A DNA stretch of 64,000 nt from an uncultured bacterium (GTDB taxonomy: Bacteria > Fidelibacterota > Marinisomatia > SCGC-AAA003-L08 > GCA-002704045): assembly GCA_964345035.1 (NCBI GenBank), contig CAYFPO010000002.1, forward strand, positions 96,684-160,683. The letters run 5' to 3'. Each line of letters starts with the position of its first letter. Position 1 is the first letter of the stretch. The notes below the pieces were generated by a model. That model was given only the letters and a program-made list of their open reading frames with translations. It searched no databases and was not told the DNA's origin. Below, in pieces: positions 26,761-37,694 of this stretch. Position numbers and translations under genes: made by a program.

Positions 26761-29700
26761 ATGAATTATTCTGAAATTACGAAAATGATAAATGGAATAA
26801 AATCAGTTTCATCACCCATAGGAAGCATGATGGCACTGTTGATTTCAATCTCGTTCTCATTTGCATTCGAAGAAGGCGATTTGGTGATAACTGAGTATTT
26901 TGTAAAATCAAACGGTGCTATTCCTGATTATGTGGAAATCTACAATACCACTGATGTGGATATAAATCTCCAGAATTGGACCATTGGAGTGGGTGTTGCC
27001 GATCTCAACTATCATACAATTACAGAATCCTTTGTTATACCAAAACATGAATATGTATTCTTTTCCGGGGAAGAAGGGTATTTTACCGGACAGAATAATG
27101 GTGAAAACGTATTGTATTTACCAATGTATGATTTGAGATTGGTATCACCCTGTTCTGACCCTGATATTTATGATGAAGATGATTGTCTGGATGCAGGAGA
27201 AACCTGGGCGGAAGATACGGATTTTGACGAAGATTTCTATGCTGATACAGAAGGTGTAACAAAATTAGTAATATCCAATGGATATTGGTTGCCGTTTTTA
27301 ATTATTAACTCACAAGGGATTTTTGAAATACAGGACCCATCCGGTAATTTTATTGATGGATTCTTCTTTAATGAAGGTACCGGATGTCCGGATTTTGGTT
27401 CAGGAAGTGGTAATAGAGGTCATTCTGTGGAACTGAAATTAGATCCAAATATTGATACAGTCGAGGATGATAATGATGACTGTGTCAATTGGGAGATAAG
27501 CAATCAAACACCAGGATTTATGCTCAATGAACACCCGGATGTGGAATGGTTTGGAGGAGACGGTACACAGGAATGGGGATCACCCGGAATTTCAAATCAT
27601 ACACCGATTAATGTTGCAATTAATGAAGGTGGTGAATTTTCCTATACGATCAGTTGGGAGAGCAGCCACTCTACAAGCGATTTAGGCATAACTCAATTTA
27701 ATATATACAGAGATGATGATCTCATTTCTCAGGTTGATGCAAGCCAGAATTCATACCAAAATGATGGACTTTCAGAAGGAGAGTTGTATTATTTTCAGGT
27801 TTCAGCTTTAAATACCGATGAATCTGATAGATCGGATTCATTGGCTGTTTCACTCCCGGATGCATTTGCAGGTGTGGATCAGGAAGTTAATATTGAGCCG
27901 GGGAGCACCACAATTGATGTTACGTTAAGCGGTAGCTTTTCAAATCCAGAAGGAGATGAAACCACCTATGAATGGACGTTTGAGGGGAATGTAATCAGCA
28001 CTGAATTAACAACTATCCAGACATTGGAAATGGGTGAATATAGTTATACATTTAAGGTCACAGATTCCCATGGCGGATTTTCAACAGATGATGTGCAAAT
28101 TACGGTGAATTCACCATTAATTGCAGAAATAGCATATCCAATGGTTTTTACAGATGCACCCCATGATGGTGACCCCGGTGGTAATGGATTGGTTACGTTT
28201 GATGGTACGGGTAGTTCGGCATCAGAGGGAATTTTAATTACACAGTGGCTGTGGTATGAATTATTAGATTCGGGAGAGGAAGAGTTTATTATCACCGGTG
28301 AATATATTGAGGATCATACAATCGAAGTGGGCTTTCACAATATCATACTGGAAGTTCAGGATGACCAAATTCCACCCTTGGTAGCGAGAGATACAGCAGA
28401 TGTTACAATATCTGAACCCAATGATCCACCAGTCGCTGATGCAGGAGAACCTCAAACAATTATTATACCCCATGACGGTGTGAATGGAGTTACCCCCACT
28501 TACGATGAAGATTGTGAAGTTCATTTGGATGAAGAAGATTGTATAACTGGTGAAGATTCTGAATTCTGTATCTGGGAGAATGATGAATGTGTTACAGATC
28601 CATTCATCTATTTACCAAGTTTTACTGTTAATGGTATTTTATCTTCAGATCCTGAAGATGATGAAATAATTTCATATTTATGGTCCTTGAATGATTCAAC
28701 ATTGGGTGATACCTTGGCATATACGGGCACATTGCCGGATGCAGGGATTTATGACATAGAATTAACAGTTCATGACAGTTATAACAGCACTGATGTTGAT
28801 ACGGTAATCATAACAGTGAATGAAGAACCAAACATAGCACCCAATGCTGTTGTGGAAGCAGATACAATTTATGCTGAAGTATCCACTGATGGTATACCAG
28901 GAGGTACAGTTCAGGTAATTTTAAACAATCATGCAGATGAGAGTCATGGATATTCAAATGATCCAGATGGTGATAACATAACTCTTAGATGGGGAATTGA
29001 TAGTGATAAAAATGGTGTTTGGGAATATGGAGAACCATTTACTGATGATAATTGCAATGGAATCCATGATGATGATGAAGAATTTATAGATGAAGACAGT
29101 AATGATGAGTTCACTGTTTATGAACCATCTACGTCTAACTTTCAAAATCTGGAAGCAGATGAACCCTATGTAGATGTTAATTATAATGGTCAAATGGATG
29201 GTGAGCCCTTTGAGGATTGCGGTGCTGATGGTTTGTGCGATGAAGTTGAACCGGGATATGATGAAATTACCAACCCTGATCCAAATGGAGATAATTACCA
29301 TCCAAATGAAAACCCAGAGGGAACAGAAGGAAATAATCTCTATGAAACCGGTGAAGTATTTCAGGATTTAGACAGTGATGGTAGTTTTGATGGCGGTGAA
29401 CCATATAATGATGTAAATAACAATGACCAGTGGGATGACGGAATCTATGAATTTATTTTAACAGTGCTGGATCCCTATTGTACTACGGACACAGCTCCGA
29501 TGAATGTATTAGTGTGGGAAGATAATTCACCTCCAGAAATTATTGAACCGTTGGAAGACCAGGAGGTAATGGAAAATACGACTGTAACACTCACCGGAAA
29601 TGCCTATGATGAGGATAATCCTGATGATCTGGAATATTTCTGGTTTACTGATAATGAGCTGGTTGACCTATCAGACCCAACAGAAATGATTACAGAATTT

Positions 29701-32700
29701 GTGAGTCCAAATCTGGAGACAAATGAACCGCTTAATATAGAATTCATATTTGAAATTTCTGATCCATTTAATGAAACTGACAGGGATACCTTACAGGTTA
29801 CCGTCCTTAACTCTAACGGCACTCCCAATATTATTAATCCATTACCTGATTATACTATTTTGGAAGATGCTTCTGATACAACTATTTTTATTACGGATGT
29901 ATTTTCTGACCCGGACGATGATGAAATGACATTTGCATTGGATAATACCAACGAAGAAATTATTCAGGCAACTTTAACAGATACTACAATTCAATTACAA
30001 TATATTGAAAACCAGTTTGGTATTGCTCAAATTATCTTAACTGCTGATGATGGTATTACCCGGGAATCATCATCTGATACAATGTCGGTCACCATTTCTC
30101 CGGTCAATGACCCGCCGGAAATCACATCTACCGCTCCGGATTCAGCAACGGAGGATATTGAATATACATATCAGGTGTTTTGGGATGATCCGGATGATAC
30201 AGAATTTGTTTTTACACTATTTGACGTACCGGAAGGCATGGTTGTAACTGAGACGGGATTAATCTCCTGGACTCCTGAGAATGGAGTAATAAATTCAGAT
30301 GTTGTTACTCTCCAGTTGGAAGATAGTGGTGGTTCAGAGGGTGTAATACAAAATGATTTTGAAGAATTTATAATCAATGTTACTCCAGTGAATGACAGCC
30401 CTATGATTATTTCTACCGCTCCGGATTCAGCTTATGAGGACATCGAATACATTTATGAAATTGATGTGGCTGATCCGGACGATGATGAGTTTACCTTTGA
30501 ACTTTTTAATGCTCCGGAGAATATGCAGATTGATTCATCAGGAGTAATTACCTGGACACCTGTAGAAGGTGAATTAACATCCGGGTTGGTAACAGTTCGA
30601 GTAAGTGACGGCGGGGAAGATAATGCCGCACCTGATACGGAAGATTTTGAAGTATTTGTTAATGCAATTAATGATCCTCCGGTTATTCTATCTGTTGAGG
30701 AACCGGTTACTCTTTTTGAGGATATTAGCCAGACAATTGAGGCAACAATTTTCGAAATAGAAGATCCGGACAATGATTACCCTGAGGATTTTACAGTAGT
30801 AATCAATGATGGTGAAAATTACAGCTTTAGTGGAGATACATTAATTTCCAATCCCGATTATTTTGGTGATTTAGTAGTTAATTTGGTAATATTCGATGGT
30901 TTGGATTCCAGTGATGAATATTCTCTGAATGTAGTTGTGGAATCAATTAACGACCCGCCGGAATTTACCATTAATCAAGATACAGTTGAAGTCAATGAGG
31001 ATTTTTCATCTGCAAGTGCTATATTCATTACGCAAATACCGCAACCAGATAATGAGTCTGAGGAAGTAATTACCTATACACTAGAACCTTCAAGTGTGGA
31101 TTTTGCAGACATTTTTATGGATAATGACGAATTAATGATCTCATTCTTTTCCGTACAGGATTCATTTGGAGTTCAGGATATTAATATCAAGGCTTCTGAT
31201 AACGGTGGTATAGAAAATAATGGAATTGATACTTCAATAGTAGAGTTTACGTTAATTGTGAATGGAGTAAATGATTTACCAAGCTTTGAATTAAGTGAGA
31301 ATGATGTGGAATATGATGAAGATTTTCCTGAAATACAGACAATTACCATTGTAGATTACTATGATGTAGAGAATGATACCCCTGTTTTTTATCTGACACC
31401 TGAATCTGTCACCTGGGCTGCGGTAATAATAGATTCGATTTTAGGTGATGTATCAATTTCAGCTATACCTGACAGCAGCGGGGAAATGGATTTTACAGTC
31501 ACAGCAATTGATGACCCTATAAGCGGAGAGGGAGTAGAAGCATACTTCTCACTCCTTGTCAATCCTGTAAATGATTCCCCATACTTCACTCTTGATAGCT
31601 CCTATGTTCAGATTGAGGATAATTTCGATACTTTATCAATTACTGTGGAGGAATTCCATGAACCGGACAATGATGAAGTTACATTTACTATTTCTCCCGA
31701 AGAAGTTACCTGGGCAGATATTTCAATTGATCCAGAAACTGGAAAGGTTTCTGTAATATCCGTGTCGGACAGCAGTGGCACCCAAATATTTCAAGTATCT
31801 TGTGATGATGGACAGGGAGAGAGTAATAGTATTTTTACTCAGGAATTTACTTTATTTGTAAGAGATCAAAATGACCCACCACTGTTTGAGTTGAATATGG
31901 AGGAAATAATCCTACAGGAAGATTTTACAGAATCAGATACCATCATTGTTACCCCCTTACAGGTTCCACCAAATGAGACTTGGCAAACTGTGCAGTATTC
32001 CATAATTCCGGATGAGACTAATTTTATTGGAATAAATATTGATCCAGAAACTGGAAAAACGTTTTTTGAAGTAATTTCTGATTCATCAGGAACACAAATA
32101 TTTCAGATTAAAGCACAGGATAATGGAGATACACTATATTTTGGAACGGATACAGCTTTGGTTTCTATTTCTGTTACAGTTGAAGCAGTGAATGATTCCA
32201 TAATTTTACTCCAGGAATTGGAAGATTTGGTATTGGATGAAGATTCAGATCAATTAGTGATTGAACTTGAAAATTATTTTTCCGATATAGAAAATTCAGT
32301 AGAAGAATTGGAATTATCTTATGAGGTGGATACATATCATATTCCTGATACTAATTTGGTAACGATTGTAAAGAGCGGGGAAGATCTTCAACTGTCATTA
32401 ATCCCAAATGCCAATGATACTGCTGATGTAACCATTATTTTAACGGATTTAGGAGATAATCCTGATGAAGTTTATGGTGACCTTACCCTGATAAGTAAAT
32501 CCGCCACCTTTACTTTATTGGTAAATCAAGTTGTGGACCAGGATTCGGTTACAGATGTGTCCATTCATGAACCCATACCAGAAGACACTACGGATTATCA
32601 TTTCTTTATCAGCTACCAGAACTTTGACGCAGACATTAATTTGAATTCTGATCCTGTAGAGGCAACCACTTTAGGAATTGGTGAGACAAGTGTGCATATG

Positions 32701-35139
32701 ATGGATATTGAATTAGTGGATCCGCTGACACAGGAATGGACTATTGGCAGTTTACTGGAGGACTGGAATGGTATTGACAGTATCGCAATTATTGCAAGTA
32801 TTGGTTTAGATGTACCGGATACAACTTTCTGGATAGTTGAGGTGAGTCAGGTGAATGATCCTCCGGTAATCCAGTCAGCAAACTTTATCGGGGGATTAGA
32901 ATCTATTCCGGAAGATTCAATATTGATTCAATTTGAAGTTCAATTTGATGATATAGATTCTGATACAAATCTGAATGTAGATCCAATTGATTTGTCACTT
33001 TTAGAATGGGATTTTCAAACACCAGTTACATCTACCGGTCAACATTTCTTTGCATCTTATGATAATAATTCAGGCACTTTCTGGTTAGATTCCCTTCTGT
33101 TAAACTGGAATGGTCCCGATAGTTTACAGATTATTGTAACCGATAGCGGTTTTCTATCTGACACATTTTATTTCCAGATTTTTGTAGATCAGGTGATCGA
33201 TCAGCCAGTGATAAATATACCGTATTTTGAAGACGGCAGCAAATCAATTCCTGAGGACACCACATTTGTGAGCTTCATTATAGAATATGAAAATACTGAT
33301 GCTGATCCATCATTAAATTTTATCCCCATTGGTATTGATACAATTTTTGTAGAACCTGATCACGATATTTTTTACGGAATATCATTTGTTGAAGAAAACA
33401 CAGATTTTGACTCTCTTAGTCAAACCTGGAACATAAATTCATTATTGAATAATTGGAATGGCATTGATAGTCTGAAAATAAAAATACAGAATCTCGAAGG
33501 TCTGCAGGATTCAACTTATTTTCCAGTTTACGTATATCAGATTAACGATATTCCTGAGGAATTTGCATTGGATGTTGAAATTGAATCCTATGGTATTGAT
33601 AGTACATCGTACTATGATTTATCAATGGATTTTCCAGCAGAAGAATCAATATTAAATTATCGTCTTCCTTTTAGTGCAGATACTCCGGTAACTGAACAAA
33701 TTCCATCAGAATTATTATTAAAATGGGACAGAACACAAGATTTTGACACAGATTCAACCTTGAACAATGACATGAAATTTGTTTTGTATTATCGAATCGA
33801 ACTAACCACTGATAATTCAGATAGCATATTTATTATTGGTGATTCTATTCCGGATTTTATATTTTCAGATGGCTTTGCATGTGATAGCTTATTAGGAGAA
33901 GTCTTGGTATCAGATTCAAATTTTTCGTGCACCAATTATGAATTTTTGACAGATCCACAATTTGCATTTTATAGTATTGATTTAACGGAATCATTTTCAA
34001 CATATCCGGACTCTGTTTTATATGAAGAAGCTGACCTGGAGAATAAAGTACCGCTTGAAATTAATGGATTAACCAAGTATACTTGGCGTGTAATCGCAAA
34101 AAATTATGAAACTGATTCAAGAGGGAATGATTTGGAACAACTCCAATCTGCCGATGAAAATCCATTTTATATTGATATTACGTTACCTTCGGCAGAATTT
34201 TTTATCATGCAGAACGAGATGTTTTCAGAATATTTTGATCTGTATATTTTTCCCTCTGATTCCATCTATAATTTTCCGGAATTAAATCAGCCCATAACAA
34301 TTTTACTGGATCCATTAACACCGAGGTTGGACTATTCTCCGGCATATTTATCAGAAGGTATATATCATTTATCCAGCAATTTTGATTCTACCGGTATTTT
34401 GACAATGGAATTTCAAGGCAGGGACAGAGTGCAGAATTTTGGAAGTTCAGTTGATTCTGCAACATACCAAATTGCTAGTCCCGATGCATTTAACAGAATA
34501 TCATCTCCCGGAGGATTGGCTGAGATCACAATATCACAGGGAGCACTCAGTACAGAAACAGGTATAGTGATTATGGAATTTCCACTAGAAGATTATAACA
34601 GAAGTTCAGAACAACAGATTAGTTCTACAGTGTACTTTTCACCTGCAAATCTTGAGTTTGAGACTAATGCAGTCATAAGCTTTTTGGTTGATAATGAAAT
34701 TTCTACCATAGCTGATCCTTGGCAAATTCAAATTTATAAGAAGGTGTCAGATGAATGGAACCCCGTTACAACCAAATATGAGAACCACATTGCAATATCC
34801 GAAATTAGCTCGCTGGGGTATTATGCTGTATTCTATAATCCCGAAGCAGAATACGGAGATGTTGTAATTCTGCCGGAAAATTTTGATTTAAAACCGGCTT
34901 TTCCTAATCCGTTTAATCCTGTAACTCATATCAGTTTTGACATCCCCGTTGATTCAAAAATTGATATTAGTATATTTGATATCAAGGGTAGATATGTAAC
35001 CAGCTTAACTTCAGACTGGTATCAAGCAGGAGAACATACACTTATGTGGGATGCAGAAATGGAATCAAGTGGAGTATATCTGATACAAATGAAAGCGGGG
35101 AATTATTCCAAAACCAACAAGGTGGTACTCCTGAAATGA
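26761..35139 (+). CDS. giant (2792 aa) extracellular multi-repeat adhesin-like protein: lamin-tail domain, FN3/PKD-like modules, acidic Ca-binding stretch, more than 12 cadherin-like (VNDxP-bounded) repeats, T9SS C-terminal sorting domain
   Basis: It has a signal peptide and an LTD-like N-terminus (GDLVITEYF..PDYVEIYNTTD..NLQNWTI). Repeats of about 97 aa are bounded by VNDPP/VNDSP/INDPP. The C-terminus is PNPFNPVTHISF...GVYLIQMKAG...VVLLK. Confidence 0.85.
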   Translation: MNYSEITKMINGIKSVSSPIGSMMALLISISFSFAFEEGDLVITEYFVKSNGAIPDYVEIYNTTDVDINLQNWTIGVGVADLNYHTITESFVIPKHEYVFFSGEEGYFTGQNNGENVLYLPMYDLRLVSPCSDPDIYDEDDCLDAGETWAEDTDFDEDFYADTEGVTKLVISNGYWLPFLIINSQGIFEIQDPSGNFIDGFFFNEGTGCPDFGSGSGNRGHSVELKLDPNIDTVEDDNDDCVNWEISNQTPGFMLNEHPDVEWFGGDGTQEWGSPGISNHTPINVAINEGGEFSYTISWESSHSTSDLGITQFNIYRDDDLISQVDASQNSYQNDGLSEGELYYFQVSALNTDESDRSDSLAVSLPDAFAGVDQEVNIEPGSTTIDVTLSGSFSNPEGDETTYEWTFEGNVISTELTTIQTLEMGEYSYTFKVTDSHGGFSTDDVQITVNSPLIAEIAYPMVFTDAPHDGDPGGNGLVTFDGTGSSASEGILITQWLWYELLDSGEEEFIITGEYIEDHTIEVGFHNIILEVQDDQIPPLVARDTADVTISEPNDPPVADAGEPQTIIIPHDGVNGVTPTYDEDCEVHLDEEDCITGEDSEFCIWENDECVTDPFIYLPSFTVNGILSSDPEDDEIISYLWSLNDSTLGDTLAYTGTLPDAGIYDIELTVHDSYNSTDVDTVIITVNEEPNIAPNAVVEADTIYAEVSTDGIPGGTVQVILNNHADESHGYSNDPDGDNITLRWGIDSDKNGVWEYGEPFTDDNCNGIHDDDEEFIDEDSNDEFTVYEPSTSNFQNLEADEPYVDVNYNGQMDGEPFEDCGADGLCDEVEPGYDEITNPDPNGDNYHPNENPEGTEGNNLYETGEVFQDLDSDGSFDGGEPYNDVNNNDQWDDGIYEFILTVLDPYCTTDTAPMNVLVWEDNSPPEIIEPLEDQEVMENTTVTLTGNAYDEDNPDDLEYFWFTDNELVDLSDPTEMITEFVSPNLETNEPLNIEFIFEISDPFNETDRDTLQVTVLNSNGTPNIINPLPDYTILEDASDTTIFITDVFSDPDDDEMTFALDNTNEEIIQATLTDTTIQLQYIENQFGIAQIILTADDGITRESSSDTMSVTISPVNDPPEITSTAPDSATEDIEYTYQVFWDDPDDTEFVFTLFDVPEGMVVTETGLISWTPENGVINSDVVTLQLEDSGGSEGVIQNDFEEFIINVTPVNDSPMIISTAPDSAYEDIEYIYEIDVADPDDDEFTFELFNAPENMQIDSSGVITWTPVEGELTSGLVTVRVSDGGEDNAAPDTEDFEVFVNAINDPPVILSVEEPVTLFEDISQTIEATIFEIEDPDNDYPEDFTVVINDGENYSFSGDTLISNPDYFGDLVVNLVIFDGLDSSDEYSLNVVVESINDPPEFTINQDTVEVNEDFSSASAIFITQIPQPDNESEEVITYTLEPSSVDFADIFMDNDELMISFFSVQDSFGVQDINIKASDNGGIENNGIDTSIVEFTLIVNGVNDLPSFELSENDVEYDEDFPEIQTITIVDYYDVENDTPVFYLTPESVTWAAVIIDSILGDVSISAIPDSSGEMDFTVTAIDDPISGEGVEAYFSLLVNPVNDSPYFTLDSSYVQIEDNFDTLSITVEEFHEPDNDEVTFTISPEEVTWADISIDPETGKVSVISVSDSSGTQIFQVSCDDGQGESNSIFTQEFTLFVRDQNDPPLFELNMEEIILQEDFTESDTIIVTPLQVPPNETWQTVQYSIIPDETNFIGINIDPETGKTFFEVISDSSGTQIFQIKAQDNGDTLYFGTDTALVSISVTVEAVNDSIILLQELEDLVLDEDSDQLVIELENYFSDIENSVEELELSYEVDTYHIPDTNLVTIVKSGEDLQLSLIPNANDTADVTIILTDLGDNPDEVYGDLTLISKSATFTLLVNQVVDQDSVTDVSIHEPIPEDTTDYHFFISYQNFDADINLNSDPVEATTLGIGETSVHMMDIELVDPLTQEWTIGSLLEDWNGIDSIAIIASIGLDVPDTTFWIVEVSQVNDPPVIQSANFIGGLESIPEDSILIQFEVQFDDIDSDTNLNVDPIDLSLLEWDFQTPVTSTGQHFFASYDNNSGTFWLDSLLLNWNGPDSLQIIVTDSGFLSDTFYFQIFVDQVIDQPVINIPYFEDGSKSIPEDTTFVSFIIEYENTDADPSLNFIPIGIDTIFVEPDHDIFYGISFVEENTDFDSLSQTWNINSLLNNWNGIDSLKIKIQNLEGLQDSTYFPVYVYQINDIPEEFALDVEIESYGIDSTSYYDLSMDFPAEESILNYRLPFSADTPVTEQIPSELLLKWDRTQDFDTDSTLNNDMKFVLYYRIELTTDNSDSIFIIGDSIPDFIFSDGFACDSLLGEVLVSDSNFSCTNYEFLTDPQFAFYSIDLTESFSTYPDSVLYEEADLENKVPLEINGLTKYTWRVIAKNYETDSRGNDLEQLQSADENPFYIDITLPSAEFFIMQNEMFSEYFDLYIFPSDSIYNFPELNQPITILLDPLTPRLDYSPAYLSEGIYHLSSNFDSTGILTMEFQGRDRVQNFGSSVDSATYQIASPDAFNRISSPGGLAEITISQGALSTETGIVIMEFPLEDYNRSSEQQISSTVYFSPANLEFETNAVISFLVDNEISTIADPWQIQIYKKVSDEWNPVTTKYENHIAISEISSLGYYAVFYNPEAEYGDVVILPENFDLKPAFPNPFNPVTHISFDIPVDSKIDISIFDIKGRYVTSLTSDWYQAGEHTLMWDAEMESSGVYLIQMKAGNYSKTNKVVLLK

Positions 35140-35855
35140 AGAAGTTTGGTGTAATCTGTATTATATTGATGTTTTCCTGTGAGGAATTACATGAAAGCTC
35201 CAGTTTTCTTGAATATGATTTTTATATGGAATCTGGTTGGGATGCATTTCAGGCAGACAGCTGGGATCTGGCAGTTGAATTATTTAATACCGGTTTAGGT
35301 TCATCGTCATCATCCAATTATTCAGAAGCATATACAGGACTGGGGTGGACTTATATGTATAATGCTAATTCAATACCCGGAAATCTGAATAAATCAATAC
35401 GGGACTCATTGAGGCTCCTCGCAGAAAATAATTTTAAAGATGCAAAAGCAGAAAATATTTATATCCATAAGGTATGGTCAAATGCAATGGCAGGGCTCAC
35501 TTTTATTTATAGTCATATTGCAGATACTTCAATAACTGCTTATTTTAATGATCCCACATTTCAAGATCCGGATTTATGGAATTTAATGATTGAATATTCC
35601 AATAAAACCATTACAGAATCCGGAGAATTATTGGAATTTGATCCAGAGTACAACTTTGAGTATGATCCCTGTGTTAATGTTGATAATATCCGCGTGATTC
35701 GTGCCAGAACATATCTGCGTCTTGATTCATTGGATCAAATGTTGTCAGAACTGAATAATCTCACATCTTTAACATGTACCATCGCACCTCAAACAGTTCA
35801 GGACGGGCTGGAATGTCTATCTGAATTGTCTGCTGAATTAGCTGGCTGTAACTAA
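35136..35855 (+). CDS. hypothetical lipoprotein, translationally coupled to the giant adhesin gene
   Basis: ATG 35136 overlaps the adhesin stop (ATGA). The N-terminus MKKFGVICIILMFSCEE is a signal plus Cys. Helical-repeat-like content is weakly TPR-like. Confidence 0.6.
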   Translation: MKKFGVICIILMFSCEELHESSSFLEYDFYMESGWDAFQADSWDLAVELFNTGLGSSSSSNYSEAYTGLGWTYMYNANSIPGNLNKSIRDSLRLLAENNFKDAKAENIYIHKVWSNAMAGLTFIYSHIADTSITAYFNDPTFQDPDLWNLMIEYSNKTITESGELLEFDPEYNFEYDPCVNVDNIRVIRARTYLRLDSLDQMLSELNNLTSLTCTIAPQTVQDGLECLSELSAELAGCN

Positions 35856-35874
35856 AGTATCTTCAAAATAAATA

Positions 35875-36075
35875 ATGAACATTCTATTATTATTTTCAGT
35901 TGTAATTATCTCTATTATAATTATTTTCGGAATTATTGCATTCTATTATCAACATGAAAACGCTGATCAAAAATTTACAGATACAGATCTTGATGAATGG
36001 GACTGCCCTGAATGTGGATTCCATATTCAGGCTGGATTACAATGTACATATTGTTACACAAAAAAGCCAAATTGA
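35875..36075 (+). CDS. small membrane-anchored zinc-ribbon protein (66 aa)
   Basis: It has an N-terminal TM helix and a C-terminal CPECG...CTYC four-Cys ribbon. Confidence 0.5.
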   Translation: MNILLLFSVVIISIIIIFGIIAFYYQHENADQKFTDTDLDEWDCPECGFHIQAGLQCTYCYTKKPN

Positions 36076-36121
36076 TTGATACAGCTAAACTTAACTTTAA
36101 GCATAGGGAATAGGGGATATT

Positions 36122-37690
36122 ATGAGAATAATTAAAGTAAATATTTTTGGTATTATTGTTATTGCATTGGGTATAGCGGTTTCCGAAGAACTTCCGATTG
36201 GATTTACACCTGAAGAATTACTCATTAAACATACTATTCCTGAAATGGGAAGAGAAACTGACCCGCCACCTGCTCCGATTCGAAACATTGCAGAATATGA
36301 ACGGATGCAGGGAGTGTTGATTCGATATCCATTGGGAATTTCAACATCAATTATACGTGAAATGGCAGAAGATATTATTGTTTACTGTTTGGTTTCCAGT
36401 AGTCTGCAAAGTTCTGCTTACAATTCGTTTAATAATGCAGATGTTAACATGGACAATGTTGAATTTGTTGTAGGACCAACAGACAGTTATTGGACCCGGG
36501 ATTATGGTCCATGGTGGGTTGTTGATGGGAACAGAGAAGTATCCACAGTGGATTTTACCTATAACAGACCACGTCCAAATGATAACCAGGCTCCATTTAA
36601 AATGTCTGAACATCTCAATACACCATATTATTCAACTGATTTAATCCATACGGGTGGAAATTATATGACTGATGGCTATGGCGTTTCTGCATCAACCACG
36701 CTTGTATATGAAGAAAATTCAATCCCCAACAGCGAAATTCACGATATCTTAGAAGGATACTATGGTATATCTGAATATTATGTGGTAGATGATCCAAATG
36801 GTGATTATATTGAGCATATTGACACTTGGGGAAAATTCCTTTCACCAACGAAATTATTGCTGCGGGAGGTTCCGGTATCTCATTCACAATATGATGAAAT
36901 TGAAGAGGTATTCGAGTATTTCTCCAATCAGGTAAATACCTTCGGCGAACCTTATGAAATTTTCAGAGTCTGGACACCGAATAACCAACCCTACACAAAT
37001 TCATTATTTTTGAATGAAAAAATCTTAGTACCCATAATGAGTTCAGGATGGGATGATGATGCGTTGGCGGTGTATGAAGAAGCATTGCCGGGATACGAAG
37101 TAATAGGATTTACCGGTTCGTGGATACCCACAGATGCACTCCATTGCAGAGCAAAGGGAATTCCGGATATTGAAATGCTTCAGATCTTTCACGATCCCAT
37201 TAATGATCAGGAAAATCCACAGGAGTTTTATGCAATTGAAGCAGTGATTGATGATTTAAGTGAGGAGGGATTGATTGATGAAGAATTATATATTGGGTGG
37301 AAAAACTCCGTGATGGAGGATTATGAATATATTCCAATGGAAGTCTGCCCCTGGGACATAGTAGATTGTTATATAGCTTCAATTCCAACTCAGCCAGTGG
37401 ATACTGAAGTCAGGTATTATATCCATGCAGTAGATAATTCCGGAAGAGAAGAAACACTACCGATGGCCGGGTATTATGCATTTAACGCTGTGGGAGGAAC
37501 TCCTGCCCAACAAGGCGATGTCAATATGGATGGTGCAGTGAATATCTTGGATGTAGTTTTAACTGTCAATTACATATTAAATATTGCTGACCTCACTGAT
37601 TATCAGCAGGAATTAGCTGATCTGAATAGTGATGGAGTTGTAAATATCCTTGATATAATTGGAATTATAAATCTCATACTGGAAGGTTAA
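36122..37690 (+). CDS. secreted agmatine deiminase / Porphyromonas-type peptidyl-arginine deiminase family enzyme with C-terminal dockerin-type module
   Basis: It has a signal peptide and family motifs AEYE, SYWTRDYGPWW, GGNYMTDGYG, EHIDTWGKF and TDALHC. The dockerin is GDVNMDGAVNILDVV...ADLNSDGVVNILDII (nt 37514-37687). Confidence 0.8.
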   Translation: MRIIKVNIFGIIVIALGIAVSEELPIGFTPEELLIKHTIPEMGRETDPPPAPIRNIAEYERMQGVLIRYPLGISTSIIREMAEDIIVYCLVSSSLQSSAYNSFNNADVNMDNVEFVVGPTDSYWTRDYGPWWVVDGNREVSTVDFTYNRPRPNDNQAPFKMSEHLNTPYYSTDLIHTGGNYMTDGYGVSASTTLVYEENSIPNSEIHDILEGYYGISEYYVVDDPNGDYIEHIDTWGKFLSPTKLLLREVPVSHSQYDEIEEVFEYFSNQVNTFGEPYEIFRVWTPNNQPYTNSLFLNEKILVPIMSSGWDDDALAVYEEALPGYEVIGFTGSWIPTDALHCRAKGIPDIEMLQIFHDPINDQENPQEFYAIEAVIDDLSEEGLIDEELYIGWKNSVMEDYEYIPMEVCPWDIVDCYIASIPTQPVDTEVRYYIHAVDNSGREETLPMAGYYAFNAVGGTPAQQGDVNMDGAVNILDVVLTVNYILNIADLTDYQQELADLNSDGVVNILDIIGIINLILEG

Positions 37691-37694
37691 TTAT

